Below, one piece after another: positions 12,211-23,614 of a stretch of DNA of 64,000 bases. Positions within the stretch are counted from its first letter, which is position 1. Each line of letters starts with the position of its first letter. The translations under genes were made by a program, and so were the position numbers. This DNA is from Octopus sinensis. Its lineage: Eukaryota. Below the pieces are notes generated by a model. That model ran no database searches. It had not been told where the DNA came from and saw nothing but the letters and a program-made list of their open reading frames with translations. The stretch is from NCBI RefSeq assembly GCF_006345805.1, contig NC_043001.1, forward strand, positions 73,842,001 through 73,906,000. The letters are read 5' to 3'.

Positions 12211-12804
12211 TTTAACAAACCGATGTGAATGTAGCAGCTGAGATTTTGAGGTGATGTACTTTTGAATTGAGCAACATGCAAATTCATATTGTCACCTAAG
12301 GCAAGACAAGATATTTTAGTTAATTTAGCTGCAAATAATTAACAAGCTGACTGATTCATGTGAGGAGGCAATGATAACCAGCTCCACATAAAACACCTGT
12401 TGTCAGAATTTTGTTCTGAATTTTCACATTTGTGTAATCTTTAATTGAAGAAATTTATGCAACATAGAAAAAAAAGAACCAATTTCACTTGTTTCCATTT
12501 TTGAATCTTTATAAGATTTCTAATTAAGTGGGTTTTTGTTTGTATTTGTATATTTATTTAATTATCAACACTTAAAGATGAATCATGTTATCAGTGTTGC
12601 ATTAAGTAATTATTTTTATCTCTAGATTTTATCTCTGATTCTCTGGAGTTTCATGTTAATCAGTTTTGTTGGGTACCTTTCAGTGTTTTAGACTTTTACT
12701 GAGAAATATGTTTGTGGTAACATTTGAAATAGCGGCAAGTACCACTTCCTTGTTTATCATAGGCTATATGATACGGTTGATAAAGAAGCAATGTATATGT
12801 GTCA

Positions 12805-13205
12805 TCATAATCAACATCAACAACATTGTTATCATTGTTTCAATGTCCATTTTTCCATGCTTGCATGGGTTGGATGGAGTCTATGGCTGGATGTCCTTCC
12901 TGTTGCCAACCTACACCTCTGTCCAAGCATGGTAATAATTTCCCCATGGCCAAACATGTTTCCACTGAATATTCGAAATGAATGACATCCATTTACAACA
13001 ATCACACGACACCAAGACTAGGAGAGAGACACACACACACACACATGATGGGCTTTCATTTTCTGCCTACCAAATCCACTCACAAGATTTTGCTCAATGC
13101 AAGGCAATAGTAGAAGATACTTGCTCAAGGTGCTATGTAGTGGGACTGAACCCAAACTTTTTGGGCTGGAAGCAAACTTCTTAACTACACACCTATGCCT
13201 GTGCA
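12805..13205 (-). mobile_element. SINE family A2
   Basis: Reverse complement of the 5131-5612 structure (TTTTCCATGCTTGCATGGG...GGATGTCCTTCC...AAATCCACTCACAAG...GGGACTGAACCC). Confidence 0.75.
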
Positions 13206-13228
13206 CTTTTATTATAAGTAACCAATGT

Positions 13229-13640
13229 TAGGCAGTGAGCTGGCAGAATCGTTAGCATGCTGGGCAAAATGCTAAGCAGCACTTCTTTTATCTCTACATT
13301 CTGAGTTCAAATTCTGCTGAGGTTGACTTTCATCCCTACAGGGTCAATTAAATAAGTACCAACTGAACAATGGGGTTGATGTAATCAACCTACCCCCTCC
13401 CCAAAATTTGAAACCAATATTTTAAGGTTTCAAGCTAGCAGAATTGTTAGCACATTGGGAGAAATACCTAGCAGCATTTCAGCTGTCTATGTTCTGAGTT
13501 CAAATGCCAATGTAGTCAACTTTGCCTTTCATTCTTTTGAGTTTGATAAAATAAGTACCAGTTGAACACTGGGGGTTGATGTAATCAACTTAATCCCTCC
13601 CCCGAATTTGCTGGCCTTGTGCCAAAATTTGAGACTATTA
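13229..13640 (+). mobile_element. Two tandem SINE family M copies
   Basis: GCTGGCAGAATCGTTAGC at ~13240 and GCTAGCAGAATTGTTAGC at ~13434, each followed by the AAATAAGTACCA core. Confidence 0.75.
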
Positions 13641-13721
13641 TTAGTAACCAATGTAAGGCAAAAATTTCATTATTAGTTACTAATGTATGCTTGCTAATGT
13701 GTAAGATGTGCTCTTTTGTAA

Positions 13722-13931
13722 CCCTTCAGCATTTAGAATACTCTATGAAATGTAATGCTTATTTATTCATATTGTTTTGAATTAATCATACATTATCTCA
13801 TAGCTTCAAAATTTTGATGATGTGATTGTTTATTTTTAGAATGACATTGTAGGATAGGCAACAGGGGTCAGATCTAGTCATAAAATGTAAAGTATTTGGG
13901 CCTGAAATGGCTGAGTTTAAACACTAAAGGG
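13722..13931. mobile_element. piggyBac-like MITE
   Basis: Ends (GTAA)CCCTTCAGCATTTA ... TAAACACTAAAGGG(TTAA); internal homology to 42030-42213. Confidence 0.65.
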
Positions 13932-15149
13932 TTAAAGGTTGTCATAGCAGTGGCTTGAGTTAAATTGTTTTGAAGATTTTATATATTCCCATGTTGTCTG
14001 GACAATCTAAAGAAAAGGAAGAATTAGAATAGTTAATTTTGGAAACCATAATAAAATTGTCAAGAAATTTGCTCTGGTAAAAAGTTTGAAATTTCCTGAA
14101 GTTTTTCATATTATTTAAAATAAAAATGGAGTGGCTGACTATTTAATTGATATGTTGATTGAAAGACCTACAATTGCCCATAATAATACCAAACATGGAC
14201 AAACATGAACAGACTATGGATCAGGTAATTTTAATATAGTTAGCATTAAACTTCACTGTTAGACATATGTCTACGACTACTTTTAGAAAGATCTAGTCTC
14301 ATTTGCTTTGTCATACATTATTTATTCTCATATACATACAATGTAGCTGTGATTTAAAAACAAAATTGCTTTGCACTCAGACTTTTTGCTCTGATTTGAT
14401 TGTGTATGTAATTTGATATTGTCTAATTGCAATAAAGTCTGGTATGCTGTGTGCGTCAAACTAGGTTTATCATTTTTTCATATGTTGAAGTTTATGTCCC
14501 ATCAGATACCTCGTAACATCGTTAACTTTACATTAAACCCATTTATGAATTTAGATAATTTAATTGTTCCAACAATGGTGAAGAAAAATCTATAATTTCT
14601 TTGAAATCAACTGTGTTTGTTGACTAGTAATTACTATAATTTTCATGTGTGTGTGTATCTAGAGAGCTAGATAGCCACACACACATGCATACATACACAC
14701 ATATACATCCATACACACATTAACATACACATGTACACACACATACATACCTATATAATATATGTATTTATTTATATAAAAATCGGTTTACAAACACGGC
14801 CACACACATGTAGACATCGTTATTATTTTTGCTGTTGTTTTGCATGCATGGGTTGGACAAAATTCATTAAAGCAGATTTTCTGTCACTGGACACCCTTCT
14901 TGCCAGTCACCACCTGCTCCCAAGTAAAGTAATATTTCCTTGTCCATCAAGCATGAACCTGAGAACGGCTAGAGAGGTTTTTCTGAAAGATTGCAAATGA
15001 ATAGCTCTGCTTGTTATGACAGAGGTGTTTGTTAACAATTAGTATGTGATGTCCAGCATAGAAGACATACATACACACTTATGTATGCATGTTCATGTGT
15101 TTGTATGTATATGTGTGTATCTGTCCATATGTATGTGGGTGCGGGTACG

Positions 15150-15288
15150 ATTGGATGTATGGTTAAGAAGTTCACTTCCCATCTATGTGATTTGGGGTTC
15201 AGTCTCACTGTATAGCACCTTATGTACTTCTGTAACCGCAGGCCAACCAAAGTCTTGTGAGCAAACTTGGTGTACACAGAACCTGAAT

Positions 15289-15290
<2 letters not shown>
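15150..15290 (+). mobile_element. SINE family A head
   Basis: GGTTAAGAAG...GGGTTCAGTCTCACTG...CCAAAGTCTTGTGAG. Confidence 0.65.
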
Positions 15291-15336
<46 letters not shown>

Positions 15337-15358
15337 TGCATATATATACACATACGCG

Positions 15359-15390
<32 letters not shown>

Positions 15391-15397
15391 CTTATAG

Positions 15398-15646
15398 CGC
15401 CGCTCCGACTGGCCTCCATGCTGGTGGCATGTAAAAAGCACCAACCGATCGTGGCCGTTGCCAGTCTCGTCTGGCACATAAAAAGCACCCACTACACTCA
15501 TGGAGTGGTTGGCGTTAGGAAGGGCATCCAGCTGTAGAAACACTGCCAGATCAGACTGGGCTTGGTGCAGCCTCCTGGCTTCCCAGACCCCAGTTGAACC
15601 GTCCAACCCATGCTAGCATGGAAAACGGACGTTAAACGATGATGAT
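15398..15646 (+). mobile_element. Young family R module
   Basis: GGAGTGGTTGGCGTTAGGAAGGGCATCCAGCTGTAGAAAC...GTTAAACGATGATGAT, with CpGs retained. Confidence 0.8.
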
Positions 15647-15658
15647 ATATACATATAT

Positions 15659-15990
15659 ATCATCATCGTTTAATGTCTGTTTTCCATGCTAGCATGGGTT
15701 GGACGGTTCCTGGGATGCCATGAGGCTGCACCAGGCTCCAGTCTGATCTGGCAGTGTTTCTACAGCTGGATGCCCTTCTTAACACCAACCACTCCATGAT
15801 CATAGTGGGTGCTTTTTACGTGCCACTGGCACAGGGGCCAGAGGAGGCTGGCAAACAGCCATGATCGGTTGGTGCTTTTTGTCACCAACATGGACGCCAG
15901 TCAGGCGGTGCTGGCATCAGCTACATTCAGATGGTGCATTTTATGTGCCACCGGCACGGGTATCATAACTACAATTTCCATCTTTCCTTT
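15659..15990 (-). mobile_element. Family R module, tail-to-tail with the previous copy
   Basis: ATCATCATCGTTTAATGTC...CTGGATGCCCTTCTTAACACCAACCACTCC plus tandem GTGCTTTTT units. Confidence 0.8.
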
Positions 15991-16121
15991 CCCTATGTTT
16001 CTGACAAAGAGTTCTGCTTGAAACATTAAACCCTCCTTCTTTCCTGAGCGTCCAATAATACTATACTTGTTCCACGTCCTCGCGTTGTGTTTTCTCTTTG
16101 TGTTTTCATGTTTGGATTAAC

Positions 16122-16152
<31 letters not shown>

Positions 16153-16554
16153 CCATACACACATTGATGCTTCATGTGATAGACTTTTGTGTGTGTGTAG
16201 ATAGATATATTTATCCTAATATATTGATGGCAAGTATACTTTCATCATCATTATCACCCCCATCTCCCATACCATCTTGCAACCTATATTCACCCTCACT
16301 CCTGGTTCTTCTGTCCCCACTCACATTTTCTCCCCTTGTACTTGAAGGTTCACCCAGTTACCTCATCACCACTATTTTTGTCTCTTCCCAGCTCCACCCT
16401 GGTCATCACTGCCCTCACTCTTCTATAATTTGAGTAGCCATGTAGCTCCTTCATAGCAAGAAACCTTCTCTCTTCAGGCTCCTTTTCTTATACTTCAACC
16501 CATCATTGGTTAGCATAAAAGCCACCTTTCTTAGGTTTCATAATCTTGCAAGCT

Positions 16555-16755
16555 ACATGGTGACTTCACTTAGGTTGGGGTCATGATAAAAGTTTCCAGT
16601 ACATAACGTAAAGTGGTTGGTGTTAGGAAGGGCATCCAACAGTTGAAACCTTCTGAAACAGACAGTGGAGCATAATGCAGTCCTTGAACCCACCATTTCC
16701 TGTGAAACTAGCCAGTCTGTGCTAGTATGGAACATGGTTGTTAAATGATGATGAT
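16555..16755 (+). mobile_element. Family R module
   Basis: GTGGTTGGTGTTAGGAAGGGCATCC...(GAT)n. Confidence 0.7.
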
Positions 16756-17034
16756 TATATTCTACCATTTTATTCAAAAGTACCATTGACTGAATAAGAT
16801 GGTTCAGTTTTCTCAAAAGACAGAATGGCAGGTTCTTATTGTTATAAATTCTTCTCAAAAAGCATCTATCAAACAGGAAAATTTCGTTTTGTTTGACAGA
16901 TCAAGTATATTGATGTGGGCATTTTTCTTTCACATCTTTCAAATTATATTTGTAAATGCTTAATTCTAGATGATCTTATCATCATTATTCATACGTGTCT
17001 GCAATTAAGAAGCTTGTTTCCCTAGTATGCAGTC

Positions 17035-17490
17035 TTGAGTACAATCCCACTGTACAAGTGTCCTCTGGTATAGTTCCTTACTGTGAGTGGGTTCTGGCAA
17101 ATAGAAACTGAAGGAAGCCCATCTTACGCACACACATATATACATACATACATGTATATGCACAAATACACAGATACAACATATATATATACACACACAC
17201 GCACATATATCTACATACATGCATATGCATACATACACACATGCATACATGTGTGTGTACCCTTGGCTTGACATCATGAAATGGTTGTAAATGAGCATCA
17301 CCATCATACAAGTGATGTTGCTTGTTTCTAGTCTTCTCTTGAAAAACATGCCTGGCCATGGGGTAAATACTACCTTGCTTGGAAACAGCTGAGGGTTGAT
17401 GACAGGAAGATCACCTAGTTGTAGGAAATCTGCTTCAACAAATTCTGTCTAACCAATGTAAACATGGTGAAGTGGATGTTACACAATGAT
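17035..17490 (+). mobile_element. SINE family A2
   Basis: AAACTGAAGGAAGCCC, microsatellite, CTTGACATC...GGCCATGGGG...GACAGGAAG tail. Confidence 0.7.
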
Positions 17491-18325
17491 GACAGGGAGG
17501 ATTAGGAGGTTGATAATGACAGTGACAATAATGATTTGTACAAATCCGTAAGCATCCTTGACTTCATCCCAAATAAAAAGTAAAAATAAAATAAAATAAA
17601 AAAAGGCCTCCTGACTGCTTGAAGTCACTCACCCTGGTATCTTTTGGCCTAGATATGCTGTACCTTCACTGTCTTTTTTCCTGCTACAACAGTACCCTCT
17701 CTTCTTGGAGCTAACTGATCTTATTCCCATGTTCACTTAAGTCCATTTGACTCACCTGTCTCCTATATTTTGCTCTTTTCCTTTTCTACCCCCAGGCCTT
17801 GCACTAGTCACTACACCCACTCCTTCCCCCTTCAGAATATCAGTCTTCTGGAACTCCTTTGCTACTCATGTTTTTGTTGTGGCTGTGAATTTGCAGTTGT
17901 CGGAGAGCATCCACTGTGTAGATCTGGAGAGGATGCATGAAGGTTGTCTGTTTGTCTGTCTCTCTCTCTCTCATCCCCCCACTCTCTCTTTCTCCAAACT
18001 GTTACAAGAAAATCCTAAAAAATATGTTATTACATTCTTCTATAATTTTACTGAAATAAAATGACAGTATATTAAATTTGTTTTTGAATCCTGAATTGCA
18101 AATACTTCATTATAAAGAAGTAACGACAAATTCTTGTAATTTTGCTTTTGAAAAAAAAAACCCCAAAAAAAACAAAAAGAAAACAAGCAAACAAAACAAA
18201 CCTGTACTTAAAAATATCTTCATTCATTTCATTGAAAGGGATTAATAAAGATGTTCCTCTCCAACTTGGTGCTTCCTATTTGGTTCAAAGATGATATTTA
18301 TTGTTCTTTTTCTCATATTCTTCAG

Positions 18326-18383
18326 GTGAATGGTACGTCAGCATTAAGTTTAAACCACATTGAAGTTGTCAACCTCATCAAAT
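18326..18383 (+). CDS. ARHGEF12: Next coding exon of the same RhoGEF, PDZ C-terminal part
   Basis: Acceptor ttctttttctcatattcttcag| and donor |gtaagt. 58 nt, phase 0 to 1 = VNGTSALSLNHIEVVNLIK+T. In frame with 6558-6607; recalled human LARG VNGTLVTHSNHLEVVKLIKS. Confidence 0.9.
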
Positions 18384-18644
18384 GTAAGTCAAGACATTTT
18401 GCTTTCATTTATAAAAAATGGTTTCATTTTCATAAAGATTTTTTTCAGATTGATAGGACTTGTAACTTAATGTTTCCATGCCAACAAAATTTATTTTATC
18501 AAATTAATTGATTTTATCATCACCCCCATCAAATTTATAATGGTCTTCATTCTTTAATGTTATCATAAGTTACATAGATTTATCTACTTGTTTATTAAAT
18601 TACTCCAGATCTGCATAACATTTCTTTTCCCTGTCTTCATTATA

Positions 18645-19169
18645 TCTATATATATAAAACTGTAGTTGTGTGAGTGTCTGTCTCCTACGATTTAGATTCC
18701 TAACTCCTCCCACATTTTGCGGTGCAGTTTAACCAAATTCGGGTATCTTATAGTCGTGATTAATATCAAGCCCGTCTGGCTATTAGCGCGCGTCTATGAT
18801 GAGTCTACGATGAGTCTACGATTTAAAAAATAATTTAACATCATTTTTTATTCCATTTTAATGCATAATTTTTCGTGTGTCGATGGCGGCGGAGTTGGCA
18901 TCCACGCTCAAACACCTGCACTTGTGTTTGCTTCTCCCCCTTCTTCCCTCCCTCGTGAAGCTGTGGGGAAGGGAGTATAAGGAAATCAACGTCGTAATGC
19001 GTTGTCAAGGAGACCAGCGTTCTTTTAGAACGACTTCATGGCTTGAAGACACCAAAACAGAAATGGCTAAGAAAGCCCGAATTGGCATCTATAAAGGAAG
19101 TAACTCTCTAAAAATGCTTTTATAGTTATTTCCCTTACAAACCCGAGCAACGCCGGGCGATACTGCTAG
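18645..19169 (+). mobile_element. Non-autonomous Helitron (525 bp) with intact termini
   Basis: A|TCTATATATATAAAA 5' end; subterminal hairpin CCCGAGC-AAC-GCCGGG at 19142-19157; CTAG|T 3' end; inserted between A and T with no TSD; CpG-rich interior. Confidence 0.9.
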
Positions 19170-19609
19170 TTATTAATGTAGTAACTCTATATCCTCTATC
19201 TTGTGCAATAATTAGTGAATAAAGATTATAGCATGATATATTCATAACATCATATATATATATATTAACTTTGTAATGTGAATAGTCTGGCTGCATATTT
19301 GAACTGCACTATATGCACTTATGATTACTGGCATTAACTGCAAATGGTAGTTAGGTTATCTTACCTAGGTAGTCTAATTAGTGTCTAGTGTAAATTGGGT
19401 AGAAATAATTTCATGACAAAAGAGATTTCTCTCCACAAGAACCATTAGGTTGTACGATCAATAGGAAAAGCCTTGCACATTGAAGGCGGAAGATCTGTAG
19501 CAAATCAGCAGAAATATTTTGAGGGGTTAAAAAAGAGAGGTGAGGATTTGTTCTTAAGAATATCTGTTGGAACTGAGAGCTACATGCAAGATTATAGAAC
19601 ATAGGCACA

Positions 19610-19770
19610 GACAGGCATAGCTGTGTGGTTAAGAAGTTTGCTTCCTAATCATGTGGTTTTAGTTTCAGTCCCATTGCATGGCACCCTTAGTAAGTATCTT
19701 CTACTATGACTCCTGACTGACCAAAGCTTTGTGAGTGGATTTCATTAACTGAAACTAAAAGAAGCCCATT
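19610..19770 (+). mobile_element. SINE family A head
   Basis: GCTGTGTGGTTAAGAAG...CCAAAGCTTTGTGAGTGGAT...GAAGCCC. Confidence 0.7.
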
Positions 19771-19782
19771 ATATATATATAT

Positions 19783-20667
19783 AGGGTGTTCAGGCTAAAT
19801 TTGATTGTTTGCATGAGAGGAAAAGAAAATACAATATCCATCAAAAAATAAAAGGTATTTTTAAAAAATTGAAAAAAATATTAACTAGATTATGGCTAGG
19901 AGATGACCATTGACTCAAAGTAGCTGCCCTCAGTTTCCACCAGAGCCTCAAAATAACTCTGGAACTTGGCACATGTGTTCCTCACTAAGATCATCTTCAA
20001 ACACCTCCTTAATCTTTGGCCACTAGCTTAGCCTTAGTGTTGCAAGCAGAATGCTTGATGTCTTTCTCAGCTGTGCCCCATATGCAATAATCCGTGGGAT
20101 TACAATTGGGAGAATTCAGAAGCCAGAAATTGATGCTGGTGAAGTTGTAGAAATTCTCTGACAACCATCTCTGGCTCTTTCTGGAAGAAGCTGAATCTTG
20201 TTGTCACACATATGGCCTTCCAGCAGCAACTCTTTCCAGTCAGGGATTGACTACAGTCTTTAGCAGCTTCACATTTCCATCTGAATTGAGCTTAAGGCCC
20301 TGCTCAAAGTTGTGGGGATGAATTCTGGCATATGAACACTGTCATATTGCCTACTGTGTCCTTTTCTACAGGTCACAGCTTCATAGCCTCCACTGCAGCT
20401 GTCCATGTCATGTCTTAGTCTTTACAGTGTTCACAGAGCATTGAGAAGCAGTCATGATGTCAGCATTTTGACACCTGGCATAAATCATTCTGATACAGGT
20501 ATCTATTTTCCAATATTCAGATGGCTTCCAGTCCCCCAAGTCAGTTAACTTTTTCTCAACTACAACTATAATCTTTATGATCTCCAGTGCCATTGACTAT
20601 TCACCAATGCATCAAACTGTTCTTGAAAAAAAAAAAAAAGGGGGCAAAAAGAATGTCAAATTTAGCT
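19783..20667 (-). mobile_element. Tc1/mariner relic, probably DD37D (maT) type, internally deleted
   Basis: Minus strand reads GRPYV*QQDSA..SQRWLSENFYNFTSINFWLLNSPNCNPTDYCIWG..E. Observed D-D spacing is 34 with the AP.H segment apparently deleted. TIR remnants GCTAAATTTGA at ~19793 and TCAAATTTAGC at ~20656. Confidence 0.7.
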
Positions 20668-21904
20668 CAAACACAGTGTGTGTGTGTGTGTGAATGAGAG
20701 AGAGAGAGAGAGAGAGTGTGGTGTGTTTCTGTTTCATTGTCTTGTCTTTGCATAGTAGTTGTAAATGAATGTCACTAGCATTATTCATTCTGAATCTTCT
20801 GTGAAAACACTTTTGGCCATGGGGGACATATTACCTTTCTTGGAAACAGGTAATAGCTGATGATAGGAAGGGCGTCTAGCATTAGAAAATCTGCCTCAGT
20901 AAACTCTATCCAACCCATGCAAGCATAGAAAAGTGGACAATATAATGATGTTGATTATAATGTTAGATGTTAGAATGTCTTAAAGAAAGACAAGGAAATT
21001 GTCATGGAGTCAGATGAAAAGAAGCTAGCTATTATATAGGTCCATTCATTATAAACTCTTATTTATATGGAACTGATTAATTGTCATTAAGTTAGGATTA
21101 TTCTTTTCTCTTGCCAACCGTTACACAAGTAAGAGTTGGTGACAATAAGGGCATCTTGCTGTAAAAAGTGTCATCAATAATCATATTCAACACATTGCTA
21201 GCATGGGGGGAAAATGGGTGTGGTGGTGGTTATGATGATGATGTTGATGTAGTAGTAGCAGCAACAGTAGCAGTAGTGGTAGTAGTGGTGTCTCTTTTCT
21301 GGTTTGGTCTGGAGGAAGGCTCATGACCTTCACAGCCCTTCTGAGACTGGTGAGATTGATGATATAAATAGGGAACATTGAACAAATTAAACTGAAATAG
21401 AAGAAAAAGAAACAAACAAGCAAAAAAAAGAGCATATACAGGAAACATGGATTTATGTCCCATCTGGTGCTCTTTCTCTTTCTGGCCTAGCTTTGGATAA
21501 TTGTGCTAGTAGGAACCCAACTTTATTTTCTCTGAAAATAAAGAGAATTAAACTAAATGACAGTTGTAGTTTAGGAGTTGTGATCTGTGAACCTACCATA
21601 GCTATTTGATTTCCTGTAAATCTCTACATTATTATTACATTTAGAACACACTGCTTCTTCATTTCATTCAGTTATTCATTATACATATTGGTTAGTGTAG
21701 TATTTACCTCTGTATTTTACTATCAAACTTGTTACTAAATAGATTCGTCACTAAAATATATTACTGATTAACAGAGCGTTCAGATTGATATCTATACATA
21801 CTTATTATCTTACGTACATATTTTAGCATAGTGTGTATGTGTGTAAGATAGAAAAAATGCCACTGTATCGTTAATAATTGGTACAGACATGCCTATGTTG
21901 ATAA

Positions 21905-22050
21905 GTGCAGGCATAGCTATGCAGTTTGCTTCCAAACTACATAGTTTTCGGGTTCAGTCTCACACTGTGGTCTTCAGATCCCTTGTGTCCCAGGAGTCTT
22001 CTAATCCCTTGTGAGTGTATTTGGCTGACAGAAACTGCAAGAAGCCCCCC
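21905..22050 (+). mobile_element. SINE family A head
   Basis: GGGTTCAGTCTCAC...CTTGTGAGTGTATTTGGCTGACAGAAACTG. Confidence 0.65.
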
Positions 22051-22089
22051 CCCCACACACACACGTATAAGAAGTTGAGATGACAAAGG

Positions 22090-23033
22090 AATAAATGATT
22101 ATTACACACATGTGAGTGAGAACACTTTGAGATATTTTTGGTATCTAACATATGTCAGATACTGCGAGCGCTGCTTCTGATTGGTCAATCCATGGTGATG
22201 ACCCGAGGTCATGGTGACGGCACTACTTTTGTCATTCATAAGTTACAACTAAACTTCATTCATTACTTTCACGAGCAGGTAGACTGTAGCCATGTAATTA
22301 AACAAACATACTATCTTTTTTATACCAGATATCACTTAAAGTCATATACACATAAAATATAAACATTTCTGGTAGTAATTCAATTTTTTGTTGCCAAAAA
22401 AATCACAACATATTTCGTCTGCTCGTTGATACTCTTGCAGTGCAGGTAGATCTATCAACAAGATGGCTACTGTTGTCGATATCAAGGTGAATGATTTTGT
22501 TAAGATTGATGGTAAAGATGGGGGAAGAGTGTTATCCGTTGTTCAACCTCTTGGAACATACAGAATGTTCAAAGTGAAGATCAATACTGGCCAAGTTCGA
22601 CATGAGTATTATTAAAGTTATTGAAGATTCAAACTGTGTTATGTATTTCTTGAACGTGAACTTGAATGTTAACAAAATGTTAAACAGTCATCAGTTATCA
22701 GTCATTTCACCTGAAAACTTAGCGCTATAAAGTCGGACTATCTTTCTGCGGCATGACATCTTTTACAGTTACACATTGTAACGTCACTGACGTGAAATCA
22801 AGCTGTATTCATGCGCGCTTCAACACGATGTGAAGAATTTAGTTATTGGGTTAATAAAATATGGTCGTTTATTCGTGTGTAATAAATAAAATACCAAACT
22901 CATTCCCTATGGATACCGTATTTATTACAACTCGTGGCTTGTTAACGTATCTAACTCGCTTTCGCTCGTTAGATACATTTACAAGCCACTCGTTGTAATA
23001 AATACGGTATACATAGGGAACTCGTTTGGTATT
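22090..23033. mobile_element. Putative non-autonomous DNA element with terminal 144-nt hairpin (Crypton-like architecture is an inference)
   Basis: Inverted repeat 22890-22959/22964-23033; inverted TTATTACACAC 22099-22109 / GTGTGTAATAA 22875-22885; CpG-retaining interior. Confidence 0.55.
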
Positions 23034-23039
23034 CTCTAT

Positions 23040-23246
23040 TTATCTTATGAACTTCATTAGCTTACAGCTGTTTCTGCTACAGAATGCAGTGGACTCAGTT
23101 GAGTGCTTGAGTATCACTTTATAACTTCACAGGTACTCAACTATGGTTTTAGGCTCCAATGAAGCTATAAGATACTCAGACACACAACTGACTCCACTGC
23201 AGCCTATAGCAGAAACAGCTGTAAGCTAATGAAGTTCGTAAGATAA
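23040..23246. mobile_element. MITE, 207 bp, with 76-bp terminal inverted repeats
   Basis: TTATCTTATGAACTTCATTAGCTTACAGCTGTTTCTGCTA...GAGTATC (23040-23115) is the near reverse complement of 23171-23246. Confidence 0.8.
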
Positions 23247-23370
23247 TTGTTTATTCCCTTGCCATCTCAATTTCTTATTAGTGCTCTGTACCTAACTAAC
23301 ACTTTGTTTTGAAGCATATGTATATTAAATTCTGCCCCATCACAATCCCTGAGTAAAATACTAAAGTAAA

Positions 23371-23614
<244 letters not shown>

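Larger units (their letters stand above)
6608..18325 (+). other. GT-AG intron (11,718 nt) of the RhoGEF gene
   Basis: Canonical GTGAGT...TTCAG ends joining two in-frame PDZ exons. Confidence 0.85.
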
